From the human T2T-CHM13v2.0 reference genome, Homo sapiens: a stretch of DNA of 64,000 bases. The notes beneath the pieces were generated by a model that saw nothing but the letters and a program-made list of their open reading frames with translations, was not told where the DNA came from and ran no database searches. The DNA lies in NCBI RefSeq assembly GCF_009914755.1, contig NC_060925.1; one strand, given 5' to 3'. Shown here one piece after another: positions 1 to 15,395 of the stretch. Position 1 is the first letter of the stretch. The number at the start of each line of letters is the position of its first letter. A program made the position numbers and the translations under genes.

Positions 1-377
1 ATTGTTTTACCAAGAAAAACAGCAAGTCTGGATGCTGACTATATAACCTCCCTCTTTACTCCATCTTCAGGAAAAGCATTCAAAAACTAGACAGATTCTA
101 AAACAATCCGTGTTAACTCTATTTTGGGATATGAACCCTTTAATAAGATAAGCAAAGGTATCACTGTTTTCCTCTTCCTTGTGATATTTTTATGTTTTCA
201 ATTGCCAGTGTAGTGCAAAGTAACTCAAGGGGGTCAAGTGAGGGTGAAGTAGAGGCTAAGGGAGGGAAACAGAGGGATATGGGGGAATAAATTTACTCTA
301 AATCTTAACTATACAGTTTCAGACCATTGAATTGGTCTGAATTTACATCATTAATGCATTCCGGCATGATATACCAT

Positions 378-600
378 CTAGCAAGGTGGTTAAGAGTCCA
401 AGCCTGGTCATCAGAGGGAACCAGATTCTAATCATGCCTGGGTGATCCCCTGGGAAAACTACTTGTTTGATTTTCTTATCTGTAAAAGAAAATAGTAAAA
501 CTTACCTTATGAGGTTATTGTGAAGATTAAATAAGATAAAGAATATACACTTAGCACAGTGTTTAACATATAGCGAATACTCATTAAGCCATTATTACTA
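378..600 (+). mobile_element. MIR SINE
   Basis: tggttaagag...ttcttatctgtaaaa...ccttatgaggttattgtgaagattaaataagataa...cttagcacagtg resembles the MIR consensus. Confidence 0.75.
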
Positions 601-2147
601 CTACTACAATTCCTTGGTTATAAAATTGAGGTCAGTGTGAACAACTGGATAGCTGGGAGAGAATTATCATGGCCTTATATATTTCAGATGCCTGTGTGCA
701 ATGCTATATACTTAGTATATAATTTCATCAGACACAAAAAAGCATAGTTAAAATCCTGCTAAATATTAGAAGGCAATTTGTGAAAACATTTTACGTTTTT
801 TAGAGCAATTAACATTCTGTTTTAAGCATTTTATTCACATTTCCTACTCATTCTTACAGAAATCCTCTGTGGTAGATAAATACCAAAAACTGAGCCTCTG
901 ATTTCTTGCTTGAACTATAGTTTCTGTGAGAAATGTAATAATATGAGATGTTTTCAGCTTGGGAAGTAGAATATGGAGAGAACCATTTTTTTTCTTAAAT
1001 AAATGAAATGTACAAACTGTACTCTGTGCCTGTCATTTTTTAATCAACATTATATTTGTGAGATTTAACCATGTTGGTGCATGTAGCAGCAGACAGTATT
1101 CAACTATATAAATATATTAATTTTTTTTACCCATAATACTGATATTTGGGTTATTTGCAGTTTGGGTCTGGTACAAATAGTGCATTACTGTTTGTGTGTG
1201 TGTGTGTGTGAGTGTGTGTGTATTTCTTTGGGTACATGTATGAAAGCATTTCTGTTGGATTGTTACCTATGACCCAGAATAAAATGTCTGGGTCATGGCA
1301 TATATTTGACTTTAGTAGGTGCTGCTGGTTTTCAAAAGTTGTACCAATTTACATTCCCCGAAGCAGTGTATCGGAGTTTCAGTTGCTTGTACAAAGTTAC
1401 CGGCAGTATATGAGTATTTCAGCGTATGAGAGTGGTGTTCTAACTATTCTAAATTCTTAAAAGCACTGTCTATTTCATTTAACTATTCTGGTGAATGTAT
1501 GATGGTATCTTAATGTGGCTTTAGACTAGATATATCACTATGTCATTTTCACATAAAAAGAGTTTTATTTCTTTCTTTCCAATTTTTTAATGAATTTTTC
1601 TTCTTTTTTATTGTACTGCCTAGGGCCTTAAAAGAATGTAAATAGAAATGACATTAGTAGGCATCCTTTTCTCATTCTAAATCTCGGGGGGAAAGCTTTG
1701 AATATTTTACCAGCAAGTATTATTTTTTCAGTAGGCTTTTCATAAGTGTTATTTATCAGATTGAGGGACTTGTTTTGTATCCCCAGTTTGTTAAGGTTTT
1801 TAAAAATTATTATGAATGTGTAATTTTATCAAATACTATTTCTTCATGAGTTTAGATAAACATAAAATTTTTCTCTTCTATTCTCTTAAAGTGGTGAATG
1901 ACATTGATTGACTTTTTAATATTAAACCAGCTTTGCATTCCTGGAATAAACTCAACTTGATTGTGAAGTATTATGATTTTTGTGTATTACTCAATTTGAT
2001 TTGTCAGTATTTCATATAATAGTTTTGTTTGTTTACTTATTGACCTGTAATTTTCATTTTTTTGTTATTTTCTTTTCTTATAATGTCTCATTTTGGTTTT
2101 GTTTTCAGAAGTATGCTGGCCTCATAAAACAAGTTGAGACATGTGTC

Positions 2148-2454
2148 TTTTTTTTTTTTTTTTTTTTTTTTTTGAGACGAAGTCTCGCTCTGTCGCCCAG
2201 GCTGGAGTGCAGTGGCGCAACCTCGGCTCACTGCAAGCTCCGCCCCCCGGGGTTCACGCCATTCTCCTGCCTCAGCCTCCCGAGTAGCTGGGACTACAGG
2301 CGCCCGCCACTACACCCGGCTAATTTTTTGTATTTTTAGTAGAGACGGGGTTTTACCGTGTTAGCCAGGATGGTCTCGATCTCCTGACCTCGTGATCCGC
2401 CCGCCTCGGCCTCCCATAGTGCTGGGATTACAGGCGTGAGCCACCGCGCCTGCT
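2148..2454 (-). mobile_element. AluY, full length
   Basis: T26 tail; AluY diagnostics gcaagctccgcc, ttcacgccattctc, ccgtgttagccaggatggtctcgatctcc; TSD GACATGTGTC at 2138-2147 and 2455-2464. Confidence 0.95.
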
Positions 2455-2658
2455 GACATGTGTCCTCTTTATTCATTCTTCAGAAGAGTATTTATAATAT
2501 TGCTATTATTTCTTCTTTAAGTTAGTGAAAAAATTGATCCTTCATGCATTCTGAGTCTGTCTGAAGATCTCTGAGTGGAAAAGATTAATTCGATTTCTTT
2601 AAAATGTGCAAGATTACTCATAATTATTTTTGTGTTAATCTTGTTAAATTCTATTCTC

Positions 2659-3309
<651 letters not shown>

Positions 3310-3967
3310 TGAATTTTCAAATTTATTTGAATGAAAACATAATTACTCTCTTAAGATGTATTTAATACATAGAGATCTGTGTTGATTCCCCTTTTTTTAC
3401 CCCAATATTGATAATTCATTTTTTTTCTCTTTTGTTCTTTCTTAGACTGGCAAAGAACTTACTGATTTTCTTGGTCTATTCGAAGTATCTGCTTTTAGCT
3501 TTGTGGACTTTCTCCATTGTACCTCCTTTTTTTTCTATCTTATTAGTTTCAGTTCATCTTTATTGTTTCTTTTATTCTACTTTATTAGTGTTTAATCTTC
3601 AGTTTTTTATGTTTTTGAGATAGATACTTGAATCACAAGTTTTCAGTCCTTTTTTCTCTAATATAGCTTAAGACTATAACACTATAAAATCTCCATCAGA
3701 AATATCCTTAGATGCATTCTATATGTTGGATATGTAGGATTTTCACTGTGTAGTCCAAAATGTTTCTAGCTTCCATTTAAATTTCTTCTTTGATAAATAG
3801 TTTATGGAATAAAATAGCTTAATTTCCAAGCATACTGGAATCTTCTGGTTATCTCATCTGATTATGTCTTTATTTTACACTTGAGTTCTAGCTTGAGCAT
3901 TTAATTGACTAGTTTCAATGCCTTGAATAATTTTGAGACTCATTTAATGGCTCTGCATATATTTTTC

Positions 3968-4372
3968 TGCCTTAGTCCATTTTCTGTTGCTACAACTGAA
4001 TACCTGAGATTGGGTAATTTATAACGAAAATAAATTTATTTTTCATAGTTCTGGTGACTGGGAAGTCCAAGTTCTTGGAGCCACATCTGGCGAGAGCCCT
4101 ATTACTGGTAGAGACTTTCTTTAGAGCCCCCAAGGTGGCATCACATGGCAAGGGAGCTTATTAGAGACAGCCAAACTGGCTTTAATAACAGACCCCCTCT
4201 CATGATAACTAACCCATTCCTGCAAACCTATTAATGCATTGATGAGGACAGAGCCCTCATAACCTTTCTAAAGGCCCCATCACATTTTAAAGTTCTCATC
4301 TCTTAATACTGTTACACTGGGGACTGAGTTTCCACATGAGTTTTGAAAGAGACAAACATTCAAACCACAGTG
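3968..4372 (-). mobile_element. MaLR solo LTR (MST/MLT1A group)
   Basis: tgccttagtccattttctgttgct...ctgggaagtccaag...aacattcaaaccacag termini typical of a reverse-oriented MaLR LTR. Confidence 0.8.
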
Positions 4373-5911
4373 CATATAGTCATTAACATTTTGGTCAATG
4401 TTATCTATGCATTTGGAAAAAATATACATAGTTCGTCATAGTTGACTTCAGTGTTCCATATGTGTCAACTAGGCCAAGTATTTTTCAGACCTCCCCTCTT
4501 TTTAATAATTTTTTTTTGTGTTATGGAGAAAGATATATTAAATATTCTCTATAATTATGGTTTTGTATATTTCTCCTCTTGGTTCATCTAATTTTTAATA
4601 TTTATTTTTGGAAGCCACACTAATAGATGCATACAAAGTTTAATTGTAATGTTTTCCTATAACATTCACTTTATTTGTTGTTATTAAATGTCCTTTTTCA
4701 TGTCTAAAATTGTTTCTTCCTTTTAAGCTTATCTTTTCTGGTACTCATATTCTTTGTTTTGCTGATCTTTTCACAAAATGTTCTCATTCTTTTGCTTTTA
4801 ACTTCTCTTTTTCTTTATATTTAAGGAGTAGCTCTTGTAGCAATCTGTAGCAGCATGATGTTTCTTGTTTTTTAATTAGTGTATTTAGACCATAAGACAT
4901 TATTGTTATCATTATTTTTACAGTCAATATTCATTCAGACTTACTGACATATTTGCCATTTATTTTGCACTTTATTTCTTCCTGAATTTCTATGTTTCTA
5001 GGTAAAATCATTTAGAAACTGTGTTTAGTGTGAGTTTGCTGGTAGCAAATTGATCTCAAGTTTTACTTTGTCTGAAACTATCTTCATTTTGTTTTAACAA
5101 AGATACTTTCACTAGGCATAGAACTTCAGGAGGGCAGTTATTTGTTTCCAGTACTTAAAAAATGTCATCCCATTGTCTCTGGCTTTCATTGTTTCTGTTG
5201 AGCAGTCAGCCTAAAGTTTTGCTTTTGCTACTTTGGGGCCAAAATATCTTTATTTCTCTGGCCATTTAAAAATTTTTCCTTTTTGTTGTTTGTGTTTTGT
5301 TTGTATCTCACCAGTCTTATTATGATGTATGTAGGTATCATTTTCTTTTATTTGTATTTATTCATCTTGTTGTTTAAAGAGCTTCTTGAATCAGTGACTT
5401 GATGTCTTCCATCAACTTTGGACAAATTTTAATCAAACCCAATTTATTTAAATTTCCCCCATCCTCTCTTTATTCTTCTTCTGAAATTCAACTACGTGGA
5501 TGCTAGATATTATCCATATGTCTATATCTTATCATATATATCTCTTCTGTTTTTTCTATACTTCTCATTATTTTTGCTCTCTGCTTCAGTCTTTTCTCCT
5601 GACCTATTTATTTTCCAGCTCACTAATTCCCTCTTGAGCTGTGTCACATATCCTGATAAACTCATCTCTTGAATTAAGTTCAGTTTTTGCATTTTTTAGT
5701 TCTAGAACATTTCATTTGATTCTTATAGTTGCATGTTTTCTTGTGAAATTCTCATCTTATCATTTATTACTTTGATTATGTTAATTAGTCCATGTGTGTT
5801 GTGTATTGCTTGTCTTGGTCTAATTTTTTAATACACTAGATTTTTTGGTGCCTTTTTTTTGTTATTTTTATCAAATGTTGGACATTTTGTGTAAACATTA
5901 AAATGATTCTA

Positions 5912-6249
<338 letters not shown>

Positions 6250-6840
6250 CTATCTTGAAAGGCAACAGAGAGGCAGATTAGCTCAATCCAACCTGGGACT
6301 AAACTCAGTCTTTCTAAGGCTCGGTCTACATGCAATTTTTTTGCATTCATAGGGTGTAGCTTTCCAGGACTTCTAACAGAGAGCCTGGAGTGTTTCTTAC
6401 GGATTCTTCTCTTTGACATGAACTTCAGTTTTTGTCTCCTTAGTATTGTCAAGTTGCAAAAATCTCTGATTTGCCATTATTCACATTATGTTCTGCTTCT
6501 TAGCCTTTTGCTTACGCAGCTTAATTGGCTAATACCTTGTGGGGAAGACTGATGTGAATGTTGGTCTCATTTGTCTCAGCCTCCCTTCTCTATAAAATCT
6601 CATCAATACCAAACTCCAATTTCTCTTCCTCCAAGGCCATACAGTTGCATAAATCTCTACTGTTCTCCTTTTTTAAACAAATACTATCTCTTTTTTCAGT
6701 CTCTTGTTTTATTCCAAAGTGCTGCCGATAACCCAAGGATAAAAATGGAATGAAACAAGTCTGACTTACCTCAGAGCATCCTTGTCTGGAATATACAGTT
6801 GCTCAAGTCTTGATCGCCTTGGCAGGTGTCTGATATTTGA

Positions 6841-7300
<460 letters not shown>

Positions 7301-9479
7301 TTACTTTTCTTTCAGATGTACTTTGAGCTTCTGAGACTCAAAGTGTGAGACTCAGAGGAACTAAGTTACTTGCTCAAAATTTCTTTAAAGAGTTAGAAAC
7401 AAAGAATAAACTTTCAAAGCCTCTAAAGCCTCTAGTCTTTACACCACATTAGGGACAAAGTAGGATGTAACACAGTGTCTGGTAATGGTTAAAGATTAAT
7501 GGTGAACTACTACTTTATGTCATTTGGTCCAAAATAGAATATAAATGTTGATATCTTTGATCCTGTGTAATAATTTTTAATGGAGACTGAGACACACAAT
7601 AGTAATGAGTATTAGAGAGGTCACTAAATCTCTTTTCATATTTTGAAGGAAATAATTCTGACTTTTCATTTAAAGGAGCAGATGATGCTCAAAAGAACAA
7701 ATCAGGAAAGAGGAAAGAATAAAAGGGTAAGTAGCAAAAGGAAGTGTTTTTTTTCTCCAGTATGTATTTCGGAGATAGGTAGTTTTGGTGCTTTAAATGC
7801 AGAGCTGGGTACCAGGTTCATGAAAGACAAAGGTATGTATTGTATAAAGAGGTGAATGGTGACTTAACAAAATGTGGAATTAATAGGTTTGTGATCTGCA
7901 AAGTGCTGATATAACACAGTATTTTAGACTTTTTAATAAAAGTTAGTTTTCTTATTTCCACCATATAAATCCTTACTTCTTTTCTGTAGTGATAAAGGCA
8001 AGAAAAGAATGTCAGGAAAGAATGACAACTGTAATTGTAATGACAAATGTAACTGGTCCTATATACACTCATACCTTTTACACTGAGTTCCTCACATACA
8101 CATTATCTCAAAGCATCACTTTGAGGCAGGAAAGAAAAAAAAGTCTCTGAAATTTTGTGAAATTACTGTGGAGAAAAACTTGAAATAAGGCAGATCCGGG
8201 TGTCTTTAACAAGATAAAAACAAGAAAAATTAGGGTAAAATATATACCTAACCTAACAGGTATAAAGGGACAAAAGAAGTTGTAACCAGTTTGGATGTTT
8301 ACCTGTGAGCTAGCATTATAGAAAAAGTGGAGATCTGGGAGAAAAGAGAGAGACAAGCTCAGAAATTTAGAGATTTGTAGAAGGGGAGGAAAGCAAGCAG
8401 AGAAGTGGGCTGTACTTGGTTCCAGATTTATGGGAGCAGCAAGCCAAGGAAGGTTATCTAAAGTGGCACACCTACCAGGTATGCTATAAATAAGCCCCAA
8501 AGTCAGCTGAAGGACCTTATGCATTTCAAATCAGCCTAACTTACCCAGGTCCAGAGAATTTTGTATTTGTACTGTTGGATTCCATCTCACGTCTGCCTGG
8601 CCTGGAAACAGAGCTTCAGGGCCCAAAAGTTGAAGAGCTTGCAGAGGCACCAACCTAGTCTGGGATCTCAGTTTAGATGTCTTATTCAGGGCCAATAGTC
8701 TGGTGAGTATGCAGGTTCTCAAATTCTCAGAGTGAGACACAAAAAAACCTACCAGGCATGAATTTTTCCTGCAAAGGAATGAGGGGTTGGCATTGGTTTA
8801 TCTTACAGCTCTGTGTGCTGCTGCTTGCCTAGAGCCATTCCCATTTTTAAGCATCTAAGTTACATGCATATGCCCAACCTTAAAGGATTTTTCTAAAATA
8901 GGAAGATAGCAAGAATTAAGCTTCCTATTATCCTGTGAAGCCCAGAAGAATCTGAGCATAAGGTAAAGAGTGGAGGAAGGGAACTAACATTTGCTGAGTA
9001 TTGATTATGATAAGGCATTTTTCCTTTATTCTCTTTCTTAATCCTCTCAATAGCCATTTGTGGTACATCTGAATCAGCCTGGTGAATAAGATTTGGGTTC
9101 CTCAAGACAGAGAAGGTATGGCACCTGCATACTCATATTTCCTCTGAAAGCATCTGGCAAGACACCTGGACTACTAACTGTTGTTATGTTTATATAATAT
9201 GAACACACTGTAAATATAATACATACATATTCACATATAGTGTTGCCTATTCACCTCCTTCAGTATTACTTTATTTTCAGTTCCAATTCCATAAGGATTT
9301 ATTGGCTATTTTGCATCAGGATTGATGCTAGCTAGATAATATAGGCAGACCTGGAGGTGGTATCAAAGAGGAAGGAATTTGGGATAATTCCTAGGTTTAC
9401 TACTGGGGCAAGAGTTTAAATTTATGTTTCTTCAATAAATGTGCAGATCCAGCAAGGAGATAGCTATCTTTTTTTTCTT

Positions 9480-9650
9480 CAGAGCTTACTATATGCTAAG
9501 CACTGTGATAAATTGATTGCCTGCATTCTTACTTAATTTTCACAAATATATATGGTAGGTGCCATAATTAGCATTATTTGAGAGATGGGTAAGCTGAGGC
9601 TTGGAGTGGTAACTTGCTCAGTTTGCACAAGATGACAGTAAGTAGATGGA
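9480..9650 (-). mobile_element. MIR
   Basis: gagcttactatatgctaagcactgtg...gatgggtaagctgaggcttggagtggtaacttgctc. Confidence 0.7.
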
Positions 9651-9701
9651 CAAGCTTAAGGTTTACATTTTGGACTCATTGACAAACAGGTGGTAGTTAA
9701 C

Positions 9702-10423
<722 letters not shown>

Positions 10424-10479
10424 TAACCCATAAAAAGTATGATATCTTCTAAGAACAACCTATTTATTTTGAAAGACAG

Positions 10480-10790
10480 TAAAATGAAGACCAGAATTCT
10501 AGAGAATATAAATATTTAAGGAGTGAGCAGAGAAAAAGGAATACACTATGAAAACCAAAATAAGTGGTCAGAGAAATAGAGGACCAGGAGAAAAATATTC
10601 AAAAAAAAAAAAAAAAAAAAGGATGCTCAACACTATCAATTATAGCAGAAGCATTTAGCAAAATAAGGCATGAGGAATACTTACGGCATTTGTAAATGTG
10701 CATGTCACTGATGTCTTTAGCTAAAGCTGCCTCAGTGATATATGCAAAGTCAGTGTCCAGCCAGTGATTTGAGGAGCAGATGGGCTTAAT
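10480..10790 (-). mobile_element. L2 fragment (contains an A20 tract)
   Basis: aagtggtcagagaaatagagg...gtcactgatgtctttagctaaagctgcctcagtg resembles L2. Confidence 0.55.
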
Positions 10791-12399
10791 GAAACTATTC
10801 TAGGTCCCACCTGAATATATTGGGCTTCCCAGACTATAACAGAGCAGATCAATTACCAGCTCATTACTTGGAAATGTATTTTTAGTCTGACTTCCTTTGA
10901 TTATTATAAAATTTCAAAACAATTCAATGGGGCTATTGGATAAAGAATAGAGCATAGGAGAAATGCTCCTGAAATAACACTTATTATTACAAGAATCAGA
11001 ATTGGAAGGATAAAGGAGAGTTCCTTTCAAGCCTGACATAAAGACTCCTAAAAACATTAAAATATGGGAACCCTGCAGAATCCATTTTGCATTTGTCTTT
11101 TCCCCTGTATCATTGCTAATGAATATGTCCTAGATTGTCAACCATGAGAAGGAAAACATTTTAATTCCCACAGCATGTTATTTGCCTGAGAGTGGTGTTG
11201 TCTTCTTTATGTGTCATGGAACCTGTGACCTGTCACCTAATTATCATGTTAGTTTATTAACATGTCAGGGAGTGCAACCCCTGGTTTCCACCTCAGAGAG
11301 GAAATTGCTTAGGGTGGGAGACATTCTGCTAGCCAGATAAGGCAGAGTTCTGCCAACTTTCAGTGCCAGGGAAACCCTAGACAGTAATCAGTACCAAACC
11401 TGACTATTAATAAGACCACCCAAAGGCACATGGCTGGGAACCAAACCTCTCTCCTACCTTGGTCTGATCTATTGGCAAGTTTCCTTGCTAGATCCAGCTT
11501 TGCTCCCACTTACGTAGGGATGAATTCAAAAACAGGAGTTATTGTAAAGGAGGCAGGGCACAAGGAATGGTTGGAAAGTGGGTCTCAGATGCTGGAAGGG
11601 TCATAAGGGAGAAGTTTCTGGTTAGTTACATCATGCAGGGCTTCAAACTTCAAAAAATAATAATTGATGGATGGAAGTCAAAGCTAAAGCCAAAGAAAGG
11701 CCTACACATGTTCAGAGATTTTGAGTTAGAAATTCTCTTTTTCCAGCTCTCTCTCCCACCCCCAAAAGTCACATGGGGAAAGCAAAGTAGTGATTAAGGA
11801 ACTACAGGGGCAACAGCAGGCTATTCTCCCGGGCCTTCTAAATGCCAGGCCAAGCCTGCCGCCTGCTTGGGAGATGAGTATGTGCTGTCCACCAAAGCTT
11901 CCTCAAGTCTCCTCTCCTGACATCTTTCTGCCAGATGGTCGTTCAAATTCTCAGGGTGCTTTGCCCTTCTGGTTCCTACAACGTGAGCCAAGCCCAGAGA
12001 ACTTTGGTCCTTCAATTTCCCCCTTGCTCCACCCCTCTTGTGAGCAGGACCTGGAGCCTGGAGGTCAAGGAGAGGCTAGGAGCAGCGACCTATGGCGCTC
12101 TGGGAAGGAGCTCCCGGCTTGCCTATGGGTGCCCTGGGGAGAGCATCACTTCTGGCTCGGAGGGTTTCGGGAGCGCCTTCTCCAGCTCAAGCACTCCTTT
12201 TGTCGTTTATGAGGTGAACGCATTATCAGCTCTGTCTTGAATTTCCCTGAAGGGTTATCCCGATTTTTAAAATTGCAATCCAGACTCTCAACAAATTACA
12301 AATGTGTGTAAACATAATCAGAGTGTGGATCCAATCCACTTGTAATTGCTAATAGAAAAAAAGGAAAAGAAAAAACCCACAAAGACTTAAACAAGCAAG

Positions 12400-14320
12400 A
12401 AAAGCCGGGGGGCGGTGGGGGGGATCAGTTCTGCAGGGTGTTTGCCTTTGTGATTTGCTTCCTAGGAGACTGTCCCAACGCGTCCCGCAGCCCACCCTGC
12501 CTCGAAACTCCCTGCGGTGATGTCGGGGCTAGAGGAATCCAGGGCTTGGTCCCTGCAGCTGAGGCCTACGGGATATCCCAGGAAAGAGCAGCCTCTCCGT
12601 AGTGGTGAAGAGTCTCTCAAGCCTTAGCGCTCTGGTGACCTCCGCGGGATTCTGAGAAAAGCACTGCGGAACGGCGGGAGCGGGCCCTGCTGCTTGCTTC
12701 GCGCCCCCCACCCGCCCGGGGACCGCGACTAAGTCCCCGACGCAGCTCTTCCCTTTTCCTGAATACCCTGGGACTCTGCTCCCGAGTTCCAGCTCCGAGG
12801 ACTCAAAGACAGTCTCCGTTCCTCACTCTTCAAAGACCACCTCCTTTTCTAGAGGTGGGCTCCCCGACCTTGCGCTTCTAGAGCTGCAGGAGCGGCGCTG
12901 CACAGGTCTGACAAGCCCAGCTCATTGGCGGGTATCTGAGCCATCAGTCTGAAAGACATTTGGAGAAAATTCATAGAACATAGAAATTCATATTATACAT
13001 ATTCATATTATACATTCATATTATACATTGTGTATATTATATAATATATATATAGTCCATAAATTAGTAAATGTGTGCGGTGTTTTTCTTGAAACCGTTA
13101 GCATCCTAGTTGGTATTGGTGGTACTGGTTGATATTAACACGAATGACAAGTGGGTGATTTTCAAGAAGCGCCCGGTCCCTCTAGAGAATGCGTCCGAAT
13201 ATCAGCGGAGCCGACTGCGTATGCCTCCGGATGCCCATCTATAAACTCTCTTGCTTGTAGCTATTCCTCGCTCCCCAACCATATTGACCATTCACCCGGA
13301 TAAGGCAATTTCCTCGAAAGGGCGATCTGAGGACGCTGACCCCCTAAATGACTGAGGACGCTGGATCTTTAGGGGGAACATCGTTTCTTGGGGGTGCCAA
13401 AAGTCCCCAGCCCTTACCCACACCTTTGTCACGACGGGCAATTGGGTATGTGTAGGGGAAAAACAGCAACGTTAAAACGCAACTGTGTAAATGAGGATAG
13501 AGAGTGCGAAAGGAGGGAGAGGCGAGGAGCTGCTCTATTTCTAGGGAGGTTTTGGGGAGACTGATCAGCTCCAAGGACAGACCGCTGGGAAGGGAAAAAC
13601 GGCCCACATCGAACTGGATGCCGGATGGAAACCTCTCTGCGCTATTAGACTGCGTCCAGTACAGCAGATGGCACGAGCACGTGCGGCGCTCAGCTTAGGC
13701 TCTCGGAGGCAGCTGAGTTGGAAATCCCGACGGAAAGCACCCACAAGCTCCCACTCTGCGCTGGCCCACCCGCGTGCACGCCCACCCCCCACGCGCGTCC
13801 CTGGCTCAGAAGCGCACAGATGTTTACTGCTTAGAGCCGGTACCGCTGGGGAGATCGAGCGACTTGCGCGGCGCACAGTGCGGCGCTGGCAGGGCTCTGG
13901 GCTCCCGGTCGGGGGTTCGAGCGGCCAAGGGATGGGGGTGGGGGCGGGGAGAGTGGGGGGAGGGCGAAAGACCGCCGAGAGGAGGGGGGAGTGGGTGGAC
14001 TAATGATGAAAAAGTCTCCTCCATCCCAGTTCCTTAATTAAATGCATGGAAAGAACCGAGGCGAGCACATCTGGTTTCAATCTACAGCCCTTTGATGGCA
14101 TCAAATGTTCTTTTCCCAGATCAGGGCTGGAAGTTCTGGGCTAACTATGGCCGTTTGGAGCCCAGAAACCATTTACACACACTCGTACCCTCTTTCTCTC
14201 CAGTCGAGCCTCTTGACTATAGGACGAAAAAAAAAAAAGTCTAGCAATCAAGGGAGTGCGGGAGTACGGATGCGTGTGTGTGTGTGTGAGTGCGCGTTTA
14301 AAGAACATAAAACGCCACAA
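12400..14320. promoter_or_regulatory. Upstream CpG island (interrupted by an AT-rich patch at ~12960-13070)
   Basis: High GC and abundant CpG by eye, in contrast to the CpG-depleted flanks. Confidence 0.8.
12987..13052. repeat. 13-bp tandem repeat (TTCATATTATACA x3) followed by (TA)n
   Basis: Copies at 12987-12999, 13002-13014, 13015-13027. Confidence 0.9.
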
Positions 14321-15269
14321 ATAAGCACTTAATATTTTACTGAGTCGTCATACAGTAACTCATTTCTAATGAGACTGTTAAAGCTGTTACCAAATTCCAA
14401 CAGGTCATGAAAAAACTGCTCAGCACCTCTCTGTCTTCTGTCAGGTTAGGGCTCCGCAGACGGACGACAGAGGATTATCCGTAGACTTAGATGGGGGTTC
14501 CTCCGCCCCTCTCTGTCCTCCTGCCACCACAGCCAGGCTGGACACAGAACCGCACGGAAGCCTCCCCAACTCCTGCCTCTGGGAGTGCTCCTGCCTGCTT
14601 CAAGGAATCTGGGCAGCGGGACCCTCTGGGTTTAGCGTCCTCGCCTGGGGAAGCAACTTTGGCCTTACCGTAGAAGTTACAAAATTGGCGGGGGTAGGGA
14701 GAAAGATTATAATATATATTTGGAGTCCTTTCTTCCAGTTTAATAAACACGTACTTTTCTCATTGCCCTAGTCCTGGTATGCCTAATGGCGGGGAAAGCC
14801 TCAAATAAACTCGGTGCCCTCTGGATCTCCCCAACCTGCCTTTAGTCCTTGCGAGAGGCGTGAGAGAACTTCCTATTATCATCCCTCTTGTTATTTTTAT
14901 TACATTATTTAATAGGCTCCCTCTACGGAACCAAAAATAGCCTTAATATGCTTACTTTCTCCCTGTACTCCGCCCCAAACTGTTAGAACAGCAGAAAATT
15001 TTTTTTGGGGGGGGGGGCGGTTTGGGGGAAGGCAGAAGGAGAAGAAAATTTGATTGTGATGGTGGTGGATTTTTTCCAAATTTCCCCACAGCTGTTATCA
15101 AAACATGCAAATGAGATTTTCCAACAGGATCTTAAACAAATCTGGAGGAGTTAATGCCGAAGCAAAATAATCAGCACGTTTGAAGTGACTGTGAGTTTCA
15201 GTTTGTCTTTTCTCCCCGTGATATTATTGCAGGGGAATGATAATTAGACCTTTAGAAATCCAAAGGGGC

Positions 15270-15395
15270 TCTCTTGCTCTCTTCCCTCTCTCATTTCTCT
15301 TCTCTCTTTCTCTCTCTCTCTCTCTCCCTTCCTCCCTCCCTCCCTCCCTCTCTCCCTCCCTCTCTCTTGTTCCCTCCCTCTCCCTTTCTCTCTAA
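15270..15395. repeat. Polypyrimidine tract, (CT)n/(CCCT)n
   Basis: Direct reading. Confidence 0.9.

Noticed and set aside
1269-1296. 10-bp perfect inverted repeat ATGACCCAGA/TCTGGGTCAT
   Set aside because: Inside a degraded intergenic L1; most likely a neutral quasi-palindrome correction
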